64,000 nt of DNA from an uncultured Gemmatimonadales bacterium. GTDB taxonomy: Bacteria > Gemmatimonadota > Gemmatimonadetes > Gemmatimonadales > Gemmatimonadaceae. The stretch lies in the NCBI GenBank assembly GCA_963850905.1, contig CAWKMU010000003.1, forward strand, positions 1,888,001 through 1,952,000. The letters run 5' to 3'. Under the pieces are notes generated by a model, which searched no databases, was not told where the DNA came from, and was given only the letters and a program-made list of their open reading frames with translations. This document shows, piece after piece, positions 8,469 to 18,560 of the stretch. The first letter of the stretch is position 1. Each line of letters opens with the position of its first letter. Made by a program: the position numbers and the translations under genes.

Positions 8469-9016
8469 TGCGCGATTCGACCATCGCGGGGACCTACGCC
8501 GACGTCCTCCTCGAGCTCGCGCAGCGGGCCGAGGACCCGCAAGGGTGGGGGAAGATGTTTGGGGACGTGGCCGCGGCCGTCGAGAACGACGTGCAACTCC
8601 GACATTTCCTCGAGTCTCCGCGGATCGCCGATACCGGTAAAATCGAAATCCTGCACCGCGCCTTCGCCAACATCCTGCCGGCGCCTCTGGTGCGATTCCT
8701 GGAAACGCTCGTGCGCCATCGGCGGCAGATGCTCCTGACGCCGATCGCCATCGAATACAACGAGCGGCTCGACGTCCTGGAGGGGCGTGTGCGCGCCAAT
8801 GTCACGGTTGCTCGTACGCTGAGTGAAAAGGAGCGCGCGGCGCTGGCGGCGCAGCTGACGCGCACTGTTGGCGAAGGCCGATCCGTGGTGCCGGTCGTGC
8901 GTGTATATCCCCCGATTCTGGGGGGAGTCATCGTTCGCGTTGGCGACCGGGTGGTCGATGGATCGGTGCGCACGCGGCTCGCACGCCTGCGACATCTGCT
9001 CGCGACGGCCCGATGA
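8468..9016 (+). CDS. atpH: ATP synthase delta subunit
   Basis: IAGTYADVLLELA and PPILGGVIVRVGDRVVDGSVRTRL. Confidence 0.95.
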   Translation: MRDSTIAGTYADVLLELAQRAEDPQGWGKMFGDVAAAVENDVQLRHFLESPRIADTGKIEILHRAFANILPAPLVRFLETLVRHRRQMLLTPIAIEYNERLDVLEGRVRANVTVARTLSEKERAALAAQLTRTVGEGRSVVPVVRVYPPILGGVIVRVGDRVVDGSVRTRLARLRHLLATAR

Positions 9017-9041
9017 TTGCTCCGACGCGCCGCGACGACGC

Positions 9042-9434
9042 ATGACGGCCGCTAGTGGAAGCGGGCCCGTCCGCGTGACGGTGGTGCCCAAGCCCTGGGG
9101 TCACGAGACCATTTGGGCGCACACGGACCGATATGTCGGCAAAGTGCTGCACATCAAGGCGGGACATGCCCTCTCCGTACAGTACCACGACCGCAAGGAC
9201 GAGACGATCCACCTGCTGTCGGGCGAGATGATCTATCGCGTGAGTGCGCGCCCCGAGGAGCCCTTGCGCGACGTTCGGCTGCGCGCGGGCGAGTCGTATC
9301 GCAACACGCCGGGGCACATCCATCAAATGGAGGCCGTCACCGACTGCGACGTGCTGGAGGCCTCGACGCCGCACCTCGATGACGTGGTGCGACTGAGCGA
9401 TCGCTACGGCCGAGCCGGCACGAGCGCCCCGTGA
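9042..9434 (+). CDS. Cupin protein (mannose-6-phosphate isomerase type II C-terminal-like)
   Basis: VPKPWGHE, LSVQYHDRKDET, LEASTPHLDDVVRLSDRYGR. Confidence 0.85.
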   Translation: MTAASGSGPVRVTVVPKPWGHETIWAHTDRYVGKVLHIKAGHALSVQYHDRKDETIHLLSGEMIYRVSARPEEPLRDVRLRAGESYRNTPGHIHQMEAVTDCDVLEASTPHLDDVVRLSDRYGRAGTSAP

Positions 9435-10420
9435 AGGTCATCATCCCGCTGGCCGGCAAGGGCACGCGGCTCAGGCCACACACCCACGTCGTGCCGAAGC
9501 CGATGATGCGCGTCGCGGGACAGCCCGTGATGTCGTACATCCTCGACGATCTCAGAAAGCTCAGTGACATCGAGGAGGTCATTTACATCACGGGCCACCT
9601 CAAAGAAAAGGTGGAAGAGTACGCCCGACGCACCCTCAATGTGCGCGCCGTGTTCATCGAGCAGGAGGTGCAGGACGGCACCGCGGGTGCGGTCGCGCTG
9701 GCGCGACCCTATGTCGACCAACCGATCCTCATCATCTTCGTGGACACGATCTTCGATGCTGACCTGTCGGTCATAGACCGCACCGACGCCGACGGCATCA
9801 TCTGGACCAAGGAGGTCGAAGACTATCAGCGCTTCGGCGTCGTTGAGACGGACGCCACGGGCTTCATGACCCGCATTGTGGAGAAGCCGAAGACGTCCGT
9901 CTCCAGGAAGGTGAACATCGGCCTCCAGTTCATTCGCGATTGGCGACTGCTCTACGAAGGCATCGATCACGTCCTCGCCCAGCCGCCCAACAAGGGGGAG
10001 TACTACCTCACCGACGCGCTGCAGTACATGGTCGATCATGGCGCGCGGATCAAGGCCGTCGAGGTTCGGGGATGGTTCGACGCGGGAAAGCTGGACACGC
10101 TGCTCGAGACGAATCGTGAGATGTTGCTGCGTGGCCGGGCCCGGCGTCCCCCGGCGTTGCCGGGGACCACGATCGTCGACCCGGTCTACATCGAGGACGG
10201 CGTCGCGATCCGCGACGCCCGCATCGGCCCCAACGTCTCGATCGGGACGGGCAGCGTCATCGAGGACTCGGAGCTTCGCGATACCATCGTCGGCCACCAG
10301 TCCCAAATCCGACGCTGCACCCTCCGCTCGTCCCTCATCGGCGACAACGTGCTGCTGGAGGGCGTACGCGGCGAAGTGACGATTGGGGATCACTCCGAGG
10401 TGCGAGAGACCAGGGGCTAG
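9431..10420 (+). CDS. Sugar-phosphate nucleotidyltransferase (long form with hexapeptide repeats)
   Basis: IIPLAGKGTRLRPHTHVVPKP, EYYLTDAL, C-terminal left-handed beta-helix repeats. Confidence 0.92.
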   Translation: MKVIIPLAGKGTRLRPHTHVVPKPMMRVAGQPVMSYILDDLRKLSDIEEVIYITGHLKEKVEEYARRTLNVRAVFIEQEVQDGTAGAVALARPYVDQPILIIFVDTIFDADLSVIDRTDADGIIWTKEVEDYQRFGVVETDATGFMTRIVEKPKTSVSRKVNIGLQFIRDWRLLYEGIDHVLAQPPNKGEYYLTDALQYMVDHGARIKAVEVRGWFDAGKLDTLLETNREMLLRGRARRPPALPGTTIVDPVYIEDGVAIRDARIGPNVSIGTGSVIEDSELRDTIVGHQSQIRRCTLRSSLIGDNVLLEGVRGEVTIGDHSEVRETRG

Positions 10421-10421
10421 G

Positions 10422-10543
10422 GCGGGTTCGGGGTTTCGGGTCTGGGGCCTGGGGTAATGACTCCAACGCAGAGGGCCAGTCGCGGTGCACGCTGACTGGC
10501 CCGAGTTGTAATGGTTACCCTAGACCCCAAACCCCAGACCCGC
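10422..10543. repeat. Palindromic element: (GGGGTYT)n-like arms around a conserved inner hairpin (family C), possible bidirectional terminator
   Basis: Left arm 10422-10456 is complementary to right arm 10514-10543; core 10464-10508 is homologous to 60996-61044; between convergent genes. Confidence 0.8.
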
Positions 10544-10547
10544 TCTT

Positions 10548-11789
10548 TTACCTCCCCGCCAACCCTGCCGCAGTCACCACAACCGTTAACGCCCGCGCCA
10601 AGCCGATCGTCCCGTCCGTATTGTCGTACCACTCGCCCACGGTGTGGGTGTCGCCGCCGCGCCCACCAGCTCCCAGCGCGACCGATGGGATGCCGAGGCT
10701 GATGGGAACGTTCGCGTCCGTCGATGCCGTCGCGAGGTCCGGCTCGCGCCCGACCAACCGGGTCGCATCGAGGGCGGCGACGACCAACGGGTCGTCCGCG
10801 GGGATCTCACCGCCGGGCCGATCGCCGATGATGTCGATCGCGACCGAGAGGGGGCGTGTGCCGGCGGCCCGACGCGCATTTTCCGATCCTTCTGCGCTCG
10901 AGACCGCAGCGCGTACCTCCGTGTCGACTCGGTCGAGAACCGCAGCGGAAGCGGATCGCAGGTCGAGCTCGAACCACCCGTCCTCGGGGATGGCGTTGAC
11001 GGAAATGCCGCCGCCGATGCGGCCCACGCCAAGTGTCGTGCGCGGGTCGGCCGGAACGGCGATCGCTCGGATCGTCGCGACGGCCGCCGCGGCCGCATGG
11101 ACGGGATTGGCGACACCGTAGGCCGCCCAGCTGTGGCCACCCGCGCCGCGAAATGTCACCCGATAACGGCGTGAGCGCAGGCCGCGGTGGACGACGCGCT
11201 CATCGCCGGCGCCATCGAGAGCCACGACGGCCGCGCTGCGGCGTGCCGCATCGCCGAAGAACGCGCGTGCGCCGCGCAAGTCGCCCAGCCCTTCCTCTCC
11301 CGTCGTTGCCACAAAATCGATCGGCGCGTCGGTGCGCAGGCGCGAGCCGTCGATGTGTTCGGCCAACGCGAGCATGGCCGCGAGGCCGCGGCCATTGTCA
11401 CTGATTCCCGGGCCCGTCAGCCGCGGCCCGTCCGACCGGACGTGAAGTGCCGTCCCCCGCGGGAATACCGTGTCGAGGTGCGCGCACACGACGACCGCCG
11501 GCCGGTCGAGGGCGCCCGGCCGGCGCCCGATCACGTTACCGGCGGCATCCGTGCGGACATTCTGCAGGCCCAACGCACCAAATCGCCGAGCGATCCACGC
11601 CCCGCGCTCGCCCTCTGCCCCCGTCGGGGCGGGAATCTCGGACACCGCGATCTGGGACCGCACGATGGCGCCATCGCGAACGGCCAGTTGCTCGCGTGCG
11701 GAAGCGAGCGCGGCGTGGACTCGTGCGGCGGGTGACCGGGTAAAGGAAAGCACCTTCGTCAGATGCACGGCGCGACGGCGGAAATGCAA
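10548..11789 (-). CDS. M20/M25/M40 family metallopeptidase (start uncertain)
   Basis: CAHLDTV, GPGISDN, TTGEEGLGDLRG, GGHSW, STDAN, HTVGEW. Confidence 0.9.
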   Translation of the reverse strand: MHFRRRAVHLTKVLSFTRSPAARVHAALASAREQLAVRDGAIVRSQIAVSEIPAPTGAEGERGAWIARRFGALGLQNVRTDAAGNVIGRRPGALDRPAVVVCAHLDTVFPRGTALHVRSDGPRLTGPGISDNGRGLAAMLALAEHIDGSRLRTDAPIDFVATTGEEGLGDLRGARAFFGDAARRSAAVVALDGAGDERVVHRGLRSRRYRVTFRGAGGHSWAAYGVANPVHAAAAAVATIRAIAVPADPRTTLGVGRIGGGISVNAIPEDGWFELDLRSASAAVLDRVDTEVRAAVSSAEGSENARRAAGTRPLSVAIDIIGDRPGGEIPADDPLVVAALDATRLVGREPDLATASTDANVPISLGIPSVALGAGGRGGDTHTVGEWYDNTDGTIGLARALTVVVTAAGLAGR

Positions 11790-11805
11790 GGGGACGGGCG
11801 CTGTC

Positions 11806-12027
11806 TCAACAGCAACGTGCGCCAGGCCGGCTGTATCGCTGCTCGAGTTGACGGCGGTAGAACTCGTCCGGCGTAAGCACCCGCTCCGCGGGATGGGCTC
11901 GGCGGGCGTGCTCGCAGTAGCGATCGTAGTTGGGCGCGCCCACGACCGCGAGGACAGAAATGCGGACCGCGCGCAGTCCGCGCACGGCCCTCGCTCGCGC
12001 CCGTTCAGGCCACTGCCGCGCGCGCAT
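11806..12027 (-). CDS. YbdD/YjiX family CstA-associated small protein
   Basis: GAPNYDRYCEHARRAHP...EFY...RCC; directly downstream of cstA. Confidence 0.9.
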   Translation of the reverse strand: MRARQWPERARARAVRGLRAVRISVLAVVGAPNYDRYCEHARRAHPAERVLTPDEFYRRQLEQRYSRPGARCC

Positions 12028-12029
12028 GT

Positions 12030-14111
12030 TCAGTCGGCCCCCGCGGGTGCAGCACTGCGCAGGTGAAACGGGACCTCAGTCGACCCACGGGGCGTCCTGC
12101 CACGTACCGCTCGCAGCCACTCGCGCCCGGATTCGGTCACGATCACCGCCACGGCCACCAGGAAGAAACCGGCGACCACCGCGTCGAGGCGGTCGTTGAA
12201 CGCGACACGGGCAGCGGCTGCCGCCGATGCGATACCGGGCGGCAGGTGCCCTGCGGCCAGGGAATCATCGATGAGCCGAGCGTGGGCCAGAAATCCGAGA
12301 CGGATGTCCTTGGAGAAGATCTTCAGCCAACCAGCCGTCATCGTGACCGTGATCAGCCACGCCAGCGGCAGCGCTGTCACCCACGCGTAACGGGCTTTCC
12401 CCATTTTGATGATGACGGTGGTGCCGACACAGAGCGCGACGCTCGCGAGTAACTGGTTGGCAATGCCGAACAGCGGCCACAGTGAATTGATTCCGCCCAG
12501 CGGGTCGGTGACTCCCTGGTACAGGAAGTCCCCCCACATGGCGACGAACAGCGCGCTCGAAAGAATCGCACCGGGATACCACGAGACACGCCCGAGCGGC
12601 TTCCAAACGTAGCCCAACAGATCCTGAAGCATGAAGCGTCCGACCCGGGTCCCAGCATCGAGCACGGTCAGCAGGAAGAGCGCCTCGAACATGATCGCGA
12701 AATGGTACCACAACGCCATGGCGGTCGAGCTCACGCTGCCGAGCGCTCGCGAGAAGATGAACGCCATGCCAACCGCGAGGCTGGGCGCCCCGCCGGTCCG
12801 CGACAGCAGCGATTGCTCGCCGACCAGATGCGCGAGATTGGTCAGGTCGGCCGGCGCGATCGAGAATCCCCACGCGCGGATAGCCTGTGCGGCCGACTCG
12901 GCTGTCGTGCCCAGCGCGCTCGCCGGGGCATTCATGGCGAAATAGATGCCGGGGGTCAGCGCACAGGCCGCGATGAGCGACAGCACCGCCACGAGCGACT
13001 CGGTCAACATCGCGCCGTAACCGATCAGGCGGGCGTCCGTCTCGCGCTCGAGCATCTTGGGCGTCGTCCCGGAGGCGATCAGGGCATGAAATCCGGATAT
13101 CGCGCCGCACGCGATCGTGATGAAGGCAAAGGGAAAGACCTTGCCAGCGAAGACGGGGCCGTTACCGTCGGCGAACTGCGTGAGCGCCGGCATTCTGAGC
13201 GGCGGCAACACCAGCGCGACTCCGATGGCGAGCGCCAGGACAACCCCGATCTTCACAAAAGCCGAGAGGTAGTCCCGGGGCGCCAACAGCAGCCACACGG
13301 GAAGCAGCGAGGCCGTCAGGCCGTACGCCATGAGCCACCACGCCAGGGCCGTCGAGCTCAACGTGAACGCAGCGGCCAGTGCGGGCTGCTCGGCCACCCA
13401 ACGGCCCGCGAGCAACGCGCCGATGAGGAGCACGATCCCAACCATCGTCGCCTCGAGCACCCGGTGCGGCCGGATCCAGCGGAGGTAGACGCCGAGGAAC
13501 AGCGCGATCGGAATCGTGAGCGCCAGGGTCACGGTGCCCCAGGGACTCGCGCGGAGCACATTGACGATCACGAGGGCGACCACGGCGATGAGGATCACCA
13601 TGATCCCGAACACGGCGACGATAGCTGTCAGGCCGGCCACCGGACCGACCTCGTCGCGCGCCATCTGACCGAGCGATCGTCCATCGCGCCGGACCGAGGC
13701 GGCGAGGATCACGAAATCCTGGACTGCGCCGCCCAGCACGACGCCGACCACGATCCAGATGGCACCGGGCAGAAAGCCAAATTGGGCGGCGAGCGTGGGG
13801 CCGACCAGGGGGCCGGGACCGGCGATGGCCGCAAAGTGATGTCCGAACAGGATCCACCGGTTCGTCGGGACGTAGTCGCGGCCGTCTTCGAGGCGCTCCG
13901 CCGGCGTCTGCCGATTGGCGTCCAACGCGAACACGCGCTGGGCGATGAAGCGACTGTAGAACCGGTAGGCGATGAGGTAGGAGCAGACCGCGGCGATCAG
14001 CAGCCAGGCGGCGCTCACCGTCTCACCGCGGCTCAGCGCGAGCAGCGCGCACGCTGCCGCTCCGGCTATCGCGACACCCACCCAGATCGATCGAGCGATC
14101 CATCGCGGCAT
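12030..14111 (-). CDS. cstA: Carbon starvation protein A family transporter (CstA/BtsT)
   Basis: DYVPTNRWILFGHHFAAIAGPGPLVGP, FITIACGAISGFH, LWPLFGIANQLL. Confidence 0.96.
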   Translation of the reverse strand: MPRWIARSIWVGVAIAGAAACALLALSRGETVSAAWLLIAAVCSYLIAYRFYSRFIAQRVFALDANRQTPAERLEDGRDYVPTNRWILFGHHFAAIAGPGPLVGPTLAAQFGFLPGAIWIVVGVVLGGAVQDFVILAASVRRDGRSLGQMARDEVGPVAGLTAIVAVFGIMVILIAVVALVIVNVLRASPWGTVTLALTIPIALFLGVYLRWIRPHRVLEATMVGIVLLIGALLAGRWVAEQPALAAAFTLSSTALAWWLMAYGLTASLLPVWLLLAPRDYLSAFVKIGVVLALAIGVALVLPPLRMPALTQFADGNGPVFAGKVFPFAFITIACGAISGFHALIASGTTPKMLERETDARLIGYGAMLTESLVAVLSLIAACALTPGIYFAMNAPASALGTTAESAAQAIRAWGFSIAPADLTNLAHLVGEQSLLSRTGGAPSLAVGMAFIFSRALGSVSSTAMALWYHFAIMFEALFLLTVLDAGTRVGRFMLQDLLGYVWKPLGRVSWYPGAILSSALFVAMWGDFLYQGVTDPLGGINSLWPLFGIANQLLASVALCVGTTVIIKMGKARYAWVTALPLAWLITVTMTAGWLKIFSKDIRLGFLAHARLIDDSLAAGHLPPGIASAAAAARVAFNDRLDAVVAGFFLVAVAVIVTESGREWLRAVRGRTPRGSTEVPFHLRSAAPAGAD

Positions 14112-14246
14112 CGATCACGAATTTGAGTTAGTTTACGCGCCGTCGCTAGCCATCGTCTCCTGGTCATGCCGATCAACGTGTCACCCTACTCGGCCCGACC
14201 GCGCCGAGTGTCGCCGCGCCGCTCTGCTGCGCCGCGCCCAGCGGTC

Positions 14247-14972
14247 ATGTGCGCTCGTACTCGACGGTGGTCCGCGCGACTGTCGGTCGGTGTCGGGTTG
14301 CTCGCGATTGCCGCGTGTACCCACGCCCCTCCCGAGCCCGTCGACCTGCGGCCGCTCCCGGTCCGGCCAGGGACGGGGCTTGGCGGCGTGCGGGTGATCG
14401 TCGTGCCGCTCAGCATGATCAGGCACGGCGATACCTTTGGCTTCGCCGAGCAGATCACCAACCCGCGCGACTACCTCGTGAATCTCAACGCGCAGATCGA
14501 ACGCGCGTTGACCGAGCGCGCGCCACGCACGGTGTGGGTCTTCCCGAACGCGCTCGTACAGGTGGCGAGCCGGAACCCCGGGTATCTATCGGACCCCTAC
14601 GGGATGGATGCGTCGCAGTTCGCGCCCGATCGCTGGCGTCCAGGGCTGAAGTTGGAGGATCCGCTCGCGGGTCAGCTGCGGAACTACACCTCCTTCGTCG
14701 ACGCCCGCGTCGCACTCATCCTGGTCGAACTGCGCTTCGTACCTCGCCCCATACCGCGGAATCACGCCCTGCCAGTGGGCGAGCGCGCCCTGCTCCTGGC
14801 CGACAGCGCGCATCACACGGGGCGGCCCGTCCTGCGGATCGCGGTCGTCGACACCCGCACGACCGAAGTGATCTGGGCGGGCGACGTCGTGGGGGACCCC
14901 GCGCCCGCGCTGACGCCGGCGGTCGGCACCAACCTCGTGGACCGTTTGGTTCAGGCCTTGGCGTCGGAGTAG
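14247..14972 (+). CDS. Hypothetical lipoprotein (start uncertain)
   Basis: LLAIAAC lipobox; stop abuts the idh start. Confidence 0.65.
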   Translation: MCARTRRWSARLSVGVGLLAIAACTHAPPEPVDLRPLPVRPGTGLGGVRVIVVPLSMIRHGDTFGFAEQITNPRDYLVNLNAQIERALTERAPRTVWVFPNALVQVASRNPGYLSDPYGMDASQFAPDRWRPGLKLEDPLAGQLRNYTSFVDARVALILVELRFVPRPIPRNHALPVGERALLLADSAHHTGRPVLRIAVVDTRTTEVIWAGDVVGDPAPALTPAVGTNLVDRLVQALASE

Positions 14973-15989
14973 ATGGCGACACCCGTCACATTGATTCCCG
15001 GGGACGGGATCGGGCCGAGCATCTCGGATGCCACCGTTCAGGTCCTCAGGGCGGCGGGCGCCGACATCGAGTGGGACGTGCGCCTGGCGGGGCTGGCGGC
15101 CGTGTCGGCGCACGGCAATCCCATGCCGGATGCCACGCTCGACTCGATCCGCGCGACGCGGGTCGCGCTGAAGGGTCCACTCGAGACGCCGGTCGGGGAA
15201 GGGTACCGCTCGGTCACGGTCGCCTTGCGGAAGACTTTCGACCTCTACGCCAATGTCCGCCCGGCACACGTCATCGTGCGGGGCGGTCGATTCGACCGTG
15301 TCGACATCGTGCTCGTCCGCGAGAACACCGAAGGGCTCTACGTCGGGGCAGAGCACTACATCAAGGTCGGTGACGATCCGCGTGCGGCGGCGGAGTCGAT
15401 GGCCATCATCACGCGCAGTGGGTCGGAGCGAGTGATCCGGTACGCGTTCGAGTATGCGGTGCGTCACCATCGGCACAAAGTGACCCTCGTGCACAAGGCG
15501 AACATTCTCAAGTTCTCACAGGGCCTGTTCCTCGACGTCGGTCGCCAAATCGCGCGAGAGTACGAGCCGCGTGGCATCGCGTTCGAGGACAAGATCGTGG
15601 ATGCGATGGCGATGAATCTTGTACTCCGCCCTGAGCAGTATGATGTGATCGTGACGACGAACATGTTCGGCGACATTCTGTCCGATGAGATCTCCGGGCT
15701 GGTCGGAGGGCTCGGCCTGGCGCCGGGCGCCAACATCGGGACGCATGCGGCCATCTTCGAGGCAGTGCACGGAACGGCACCGGACCTGGTGGGCAAGGAC
15801 CTCGCAAACCCCGCCGCGCTCATCTTCGCCGCCTGTATGATGCTCGATCACCTGCGCGACTCGGTGCGCGCTGATCTGATCCGGAGCGCAGTCGAGGCCA
15901 CCATCCGAGAGGGGCGGCACGTGACGCGTGATCTCGGAGGCACGGCAACGACACGGGAATTCACGGACGCAGTGATCGCGGCGTTGTGA
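14973..15989 (+). CDS. Isocitrate/isopropylmalate dehydrogenase family (NAD-IDH-like)
   Basis: IPGDGIGP, LYANVRP, RENTEGLY, VHKANILK, NMFGDILSD, FEAVHGTAPD. Confidence 0.93.
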   Translation: MATPVTLIPGDGIGPSISDATVQVLRAAGADIEWDVRLAGLAAVSAHGNPMPDATLDSIRATRVALKGPLETPVGEGYRSVTVALRKTFDLYANVRPAHVIVRGGRFDRVDIVLVRENTEGLYVGAEHYIKVGDDPRAAAESMAIITRSGSERVIRYAFEYAVRHHRHKVTLVHKANILKFSQGLFLDVGRQIAREYEPRGIAFEDKIVDAMAMNLVLRPEQYDVIVTTNMFGDILSDEISGLVGGLGLAPGANIGTHAAIFEAVHGTAPDLVGKDLANPAALIFAACMMLDHLRDSVRADLIRSAVEATIREGRHVTRDLGGTATTREFTDAVIAAL

Positions 15990-16828
15990 CGCGGATTCTG
16001 CACGTCTCGGACATCCACTTCGGTTGGCCCGCGGTCCTGGAGCAGGCCGACGCCGTCGAAGCCGTCGGGCGACAGGAGCCGTTCGACGTCATCGCGGTCT
16101 CCGGAGACCTCGCTCAGCGTGCTCGGGCCGGCGAGTTTCAACGAGCCGCCGTTTTCCTGCGTGACATTCGGCGGCCCGTTGACCAGACTCGGCCGCCGCC
16201 GGCGCTCATCGTCGTGCCGGGGAACCACGATGTCGCGTGGTGGTTTGCGCCGCTCGGGCTCGGGCAGCGGTGGCGTGTCTACGAGAAATACCGCCGATAC
16301 ATCTGCGCGGACCTCGAACCCGAGCTCCACGTGCCGGGCGCGACGTTCGTCGGACTCAACACGGCGGCCGGCGTCGACTGGCACACGTTGACGTGGAACC
16401 CGCGAGACCTGTCGGTGAAGGGCGGGCTGCGGCAGGCTCAACTCGCCCATGCGGCGGCTGCCTTTGGCCGGGCGCCCCCGGGTGACCGGCGCGTGGTCGT
16501 GATGCATCACAACCCAACACTCGGCGAGCTGTCCGGCCGGTACGGATTGCTACGCAGTCACGCCGTGCTGGCGGAGTTCGATCGCATGGGCGTCGACTTG
16601 GTCCTCTCCGGACATGATCACCAGGAGGCGATTCACTACATCGAGATGTCATCGCGGGGCATGGTCGTGTCGATCGCCGGCACGATCTCGAGCCGCTCGC
16701 GAGGGCGGCGCCCGTCGTCCTTCAACGTGGTGACACTCACCGATCGCTCGATTGAAGTCGAGACGCGCACGTGGCGCCCGGGCAAGCAGCAGTTCGATCA
16801 CGAAGCCACACGATGCTTCACGCGTTGA
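15986..16828 (+). CDS. Metallophosphoesterase (CpdA-like)
   Basis: SDIHFG, SGDL, PGNHD, MHH and GHDH motifs. Confidence 0.9.
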   Translation: MTRILHVSDIHFGWPAVLEQADAVEAVGRQEPFDVIAVSGDLAQRARAGEFQRAAVFLRDIRRPVDQTRPPPALIVVPGNHDVAWWFAPLGLGQRWRVYEKYRRYICADLEPELHVPGATFVGLNTAAGVDWHTLTWNPRDLSVKGGLRQAQLAHAAAAFGRAPPGDRRVVVMHHNPTLGELSGRYGLLRSHAVLAEFDRMGVDLVLSGHDHQEAIHYIEMSSRGMVVSIAGTISSRSRGRRPSSFNVVTLTDRSIEVETRTWRPGKQQFDHEATRCFTR

Positions 16829-17337
16829 GGCGCCTGTTTGGACGAGGGGCAGTCGACCCTGGGCAGTTGACGCTGCCGTTCGACGCCGCGCTCCAGCGAC
16901 CGGTACTCCGGCCGCCTCCGATCATCGTCCCGGCGCCGCCGACCGGCACGCGTGAGGCTCCAGTCCGTCCTCCCGGACGCCGGTCGCCGGCTGAGGAGGA
17001 TACAATCGCGGCCCAGAAGCTGACCGCCCGACACGCGGAATTCAACGCAGAGCGCTTCGCCGGCGCCCTGCGACCCATTCGTATCGAGGTGTCGCGCCGG
17101 CTGCGCAGCCGCCTGGGCTACTACCGCGTGGCTACGCCCCGGTACCCGGGACTCATCGTGATCAGTCGCCGCCATCTGCGGCGCCACGGGTGGTCGGCAG
17201 TCTTCGACACACTGCTCCACGAGATGGTGCATCAATGGCAGGACGAGAGTGGCCTCAGCGTCGACCACGGCCCTCAGTTCCGCGCCAAGGCCCGAGCGGT
17301 GGGTACCCTTCCGAGGGCGAGGAGACCGGTCGGGTAG
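16813..17337 (+). CDS. SprT-like zinc metalloprotease
   Basis: TLLHEMVHQW...HGPQF. Confidence 0.85.
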   Translation: MLHALRRLFGRGAVDPGQLTLPFDAALQRPVLRPPPIIVPAPPTGTREAPVRPPGRRSPAEEDTIAAQKLTARHAEFNAERFAGALRPIRIEVSRRLRSRLGYYRVATPRYPGLIVISRRHLRRHGWSAVFDTLLHEMVHQWQDESGLSVDHGPQFRAKARAVGTLPRARRPVG

Positions 17338-17351
17338 TTAAACTTCCCCGC

Positions 17352-18521
17352 ATGACAACTGACTTCTTCAACATCGACAGCGTGCTGTCCGAAGAGGAGC
17401 GCGCCGTTCGCGACAGCGTGCACCGGTTCGTCGATGAGCGCGTGTTGCCCGTGATCGGCAAGTGCTACGTGGACGGCCGTTTTCCTCGTGAGATCGTGCC
17501 GGCGATGGCGGAGCTCGGATTATTTGGCGCCAACCTCCCGGAGGAGTACGGGTGCGCGGGTCTGAGCAACGTCGCCTACGGACTCATCATGCAGGAGCTC
17601 GAACGCGGGGACTCGGGCGTGCGCTCGTTCGCATCCGTGCAGGGGTCACTCGTCATGTACCCGATCTTCGCGTTCGGGAGCGACGAGCAGAAGCGACGGT
17701 ATCTGCCCGGGATGGCGTCGGGCGCGATCGTGGGCTGCTTCGGGCTGACGGAGCCGGATTATGGTTCAAACCCGGCCGGCATGATCACGACGGCCCGCGA
17801 GCAACCCGACGGGAGCTTCGTGTTGAACGGCGCGAAGATGTGGATCACGAACGGGTCTACCGCGCACGTGGCGATCGTCTGGGCCAAGACGGGACAGGAT
17901 GAGCGCTCGATTCGAGGGTTCATCGTCCCGACGGACACGAAGGGCTTCTCTGCCAAGGATCAGAAGGGGAAGCTCTCGCTGCGGGCATCGGACACGAGCG
18001 AGCTCGTGTTTCAGGATGTGTGTGTGCCCAAGGGACAGCTGCTTCCAAAATCCGGCGGGCTCAAGAGCCCTCTCATGTGCCTCACGCAGGCCCGTTATGG
18101 CATCGCCTGGGGTGCGGTCGGTGCCGCGATGGCCTGCTTCGAGGAAGCCGCGAAGTACTCGAAGACGCGCGTGATGTTCGACCGGCCGATCGGTGGATTC
18201 CAGCTTCAGCAGGCGCGCCTCGCGGATATGCTGACGGAGATCGTGAAGGCGCAGCTTGTGGTGTTGCACCTGGGGCGGCTGAAGGATGCCGGGACATTCA
18301 CGCCGCAGCAGGTCTCGCTGGCCAAGCGCAACAACGTCGACATGGCGACGGACGTCGCTCGCGAAGCACGGCGGCTCCTGGGCGCGAACGGCATTCTCGC
18401 CGAGTATGCCTCGATGCGCCACATGGAAAACCTCGAGAGCGTGTACACCTACGAGGGCACCCACGACATCCATACGCTGGTGCTCGGGCAGGCCATCACG
18501 GGGCTCAGCGCGTTTGACTGA
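17352..18521 (+). CDS. gcdH: Acyl-CoA dehydrogenase, glutaryl-CoA dehydrogenase-like
   Basis: ELERGDSGVRSFASVQGSL, GCFGLTEPDYGSNP, NLESVYTYEGTHDIH. Confidence 0.88.
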   Translation: MTTDFFNIDSVLSEEERAVRDSVHRFVDERVLPVIGKCYVDGRFPREIVPAMAELGLFGANLPEEYGCAGLSNVAYGLIMQELERGDSGVRSFASVQGSLVMYPIFAFGSDEQKRRYLPGMASGAIVGCFGLTEPDYGSNPAGMITTAREQPDGSFVLNGAKMWITNGSTAHVAIVWAKTGQDERSIRGFIVPTDTKGFSAKDQKGKLSLRASDTSELVFQDVCVPKGQLLPKSGGLKSPLMCLTQARYGIAWGAVGAAMACFEEAAKYSKTRVMFDRPIGGFQLQQARLADMLTEIVKAQLVVLHLGRLKDAGTFTPQQVSLAKRNNVDMATDVAREARRLLGANGILAEYASMRHMENLESVYTYEGTHDIHTLVLGQAITGLSAFD

Positions 18522-18560
18522 CGGGTGCGGGCCGCGCGTCCGGCACGCCCCCGCTCCGCG

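Noticed and set aside
11800..11815. Selenocysteine read-through in the YbdD-like gene (ends CC-TGA)
   Set aside because: Both terminal Cys are ordinary TGY codons, the TGA is at the family's normal end, and I saw no convincing SECIS.
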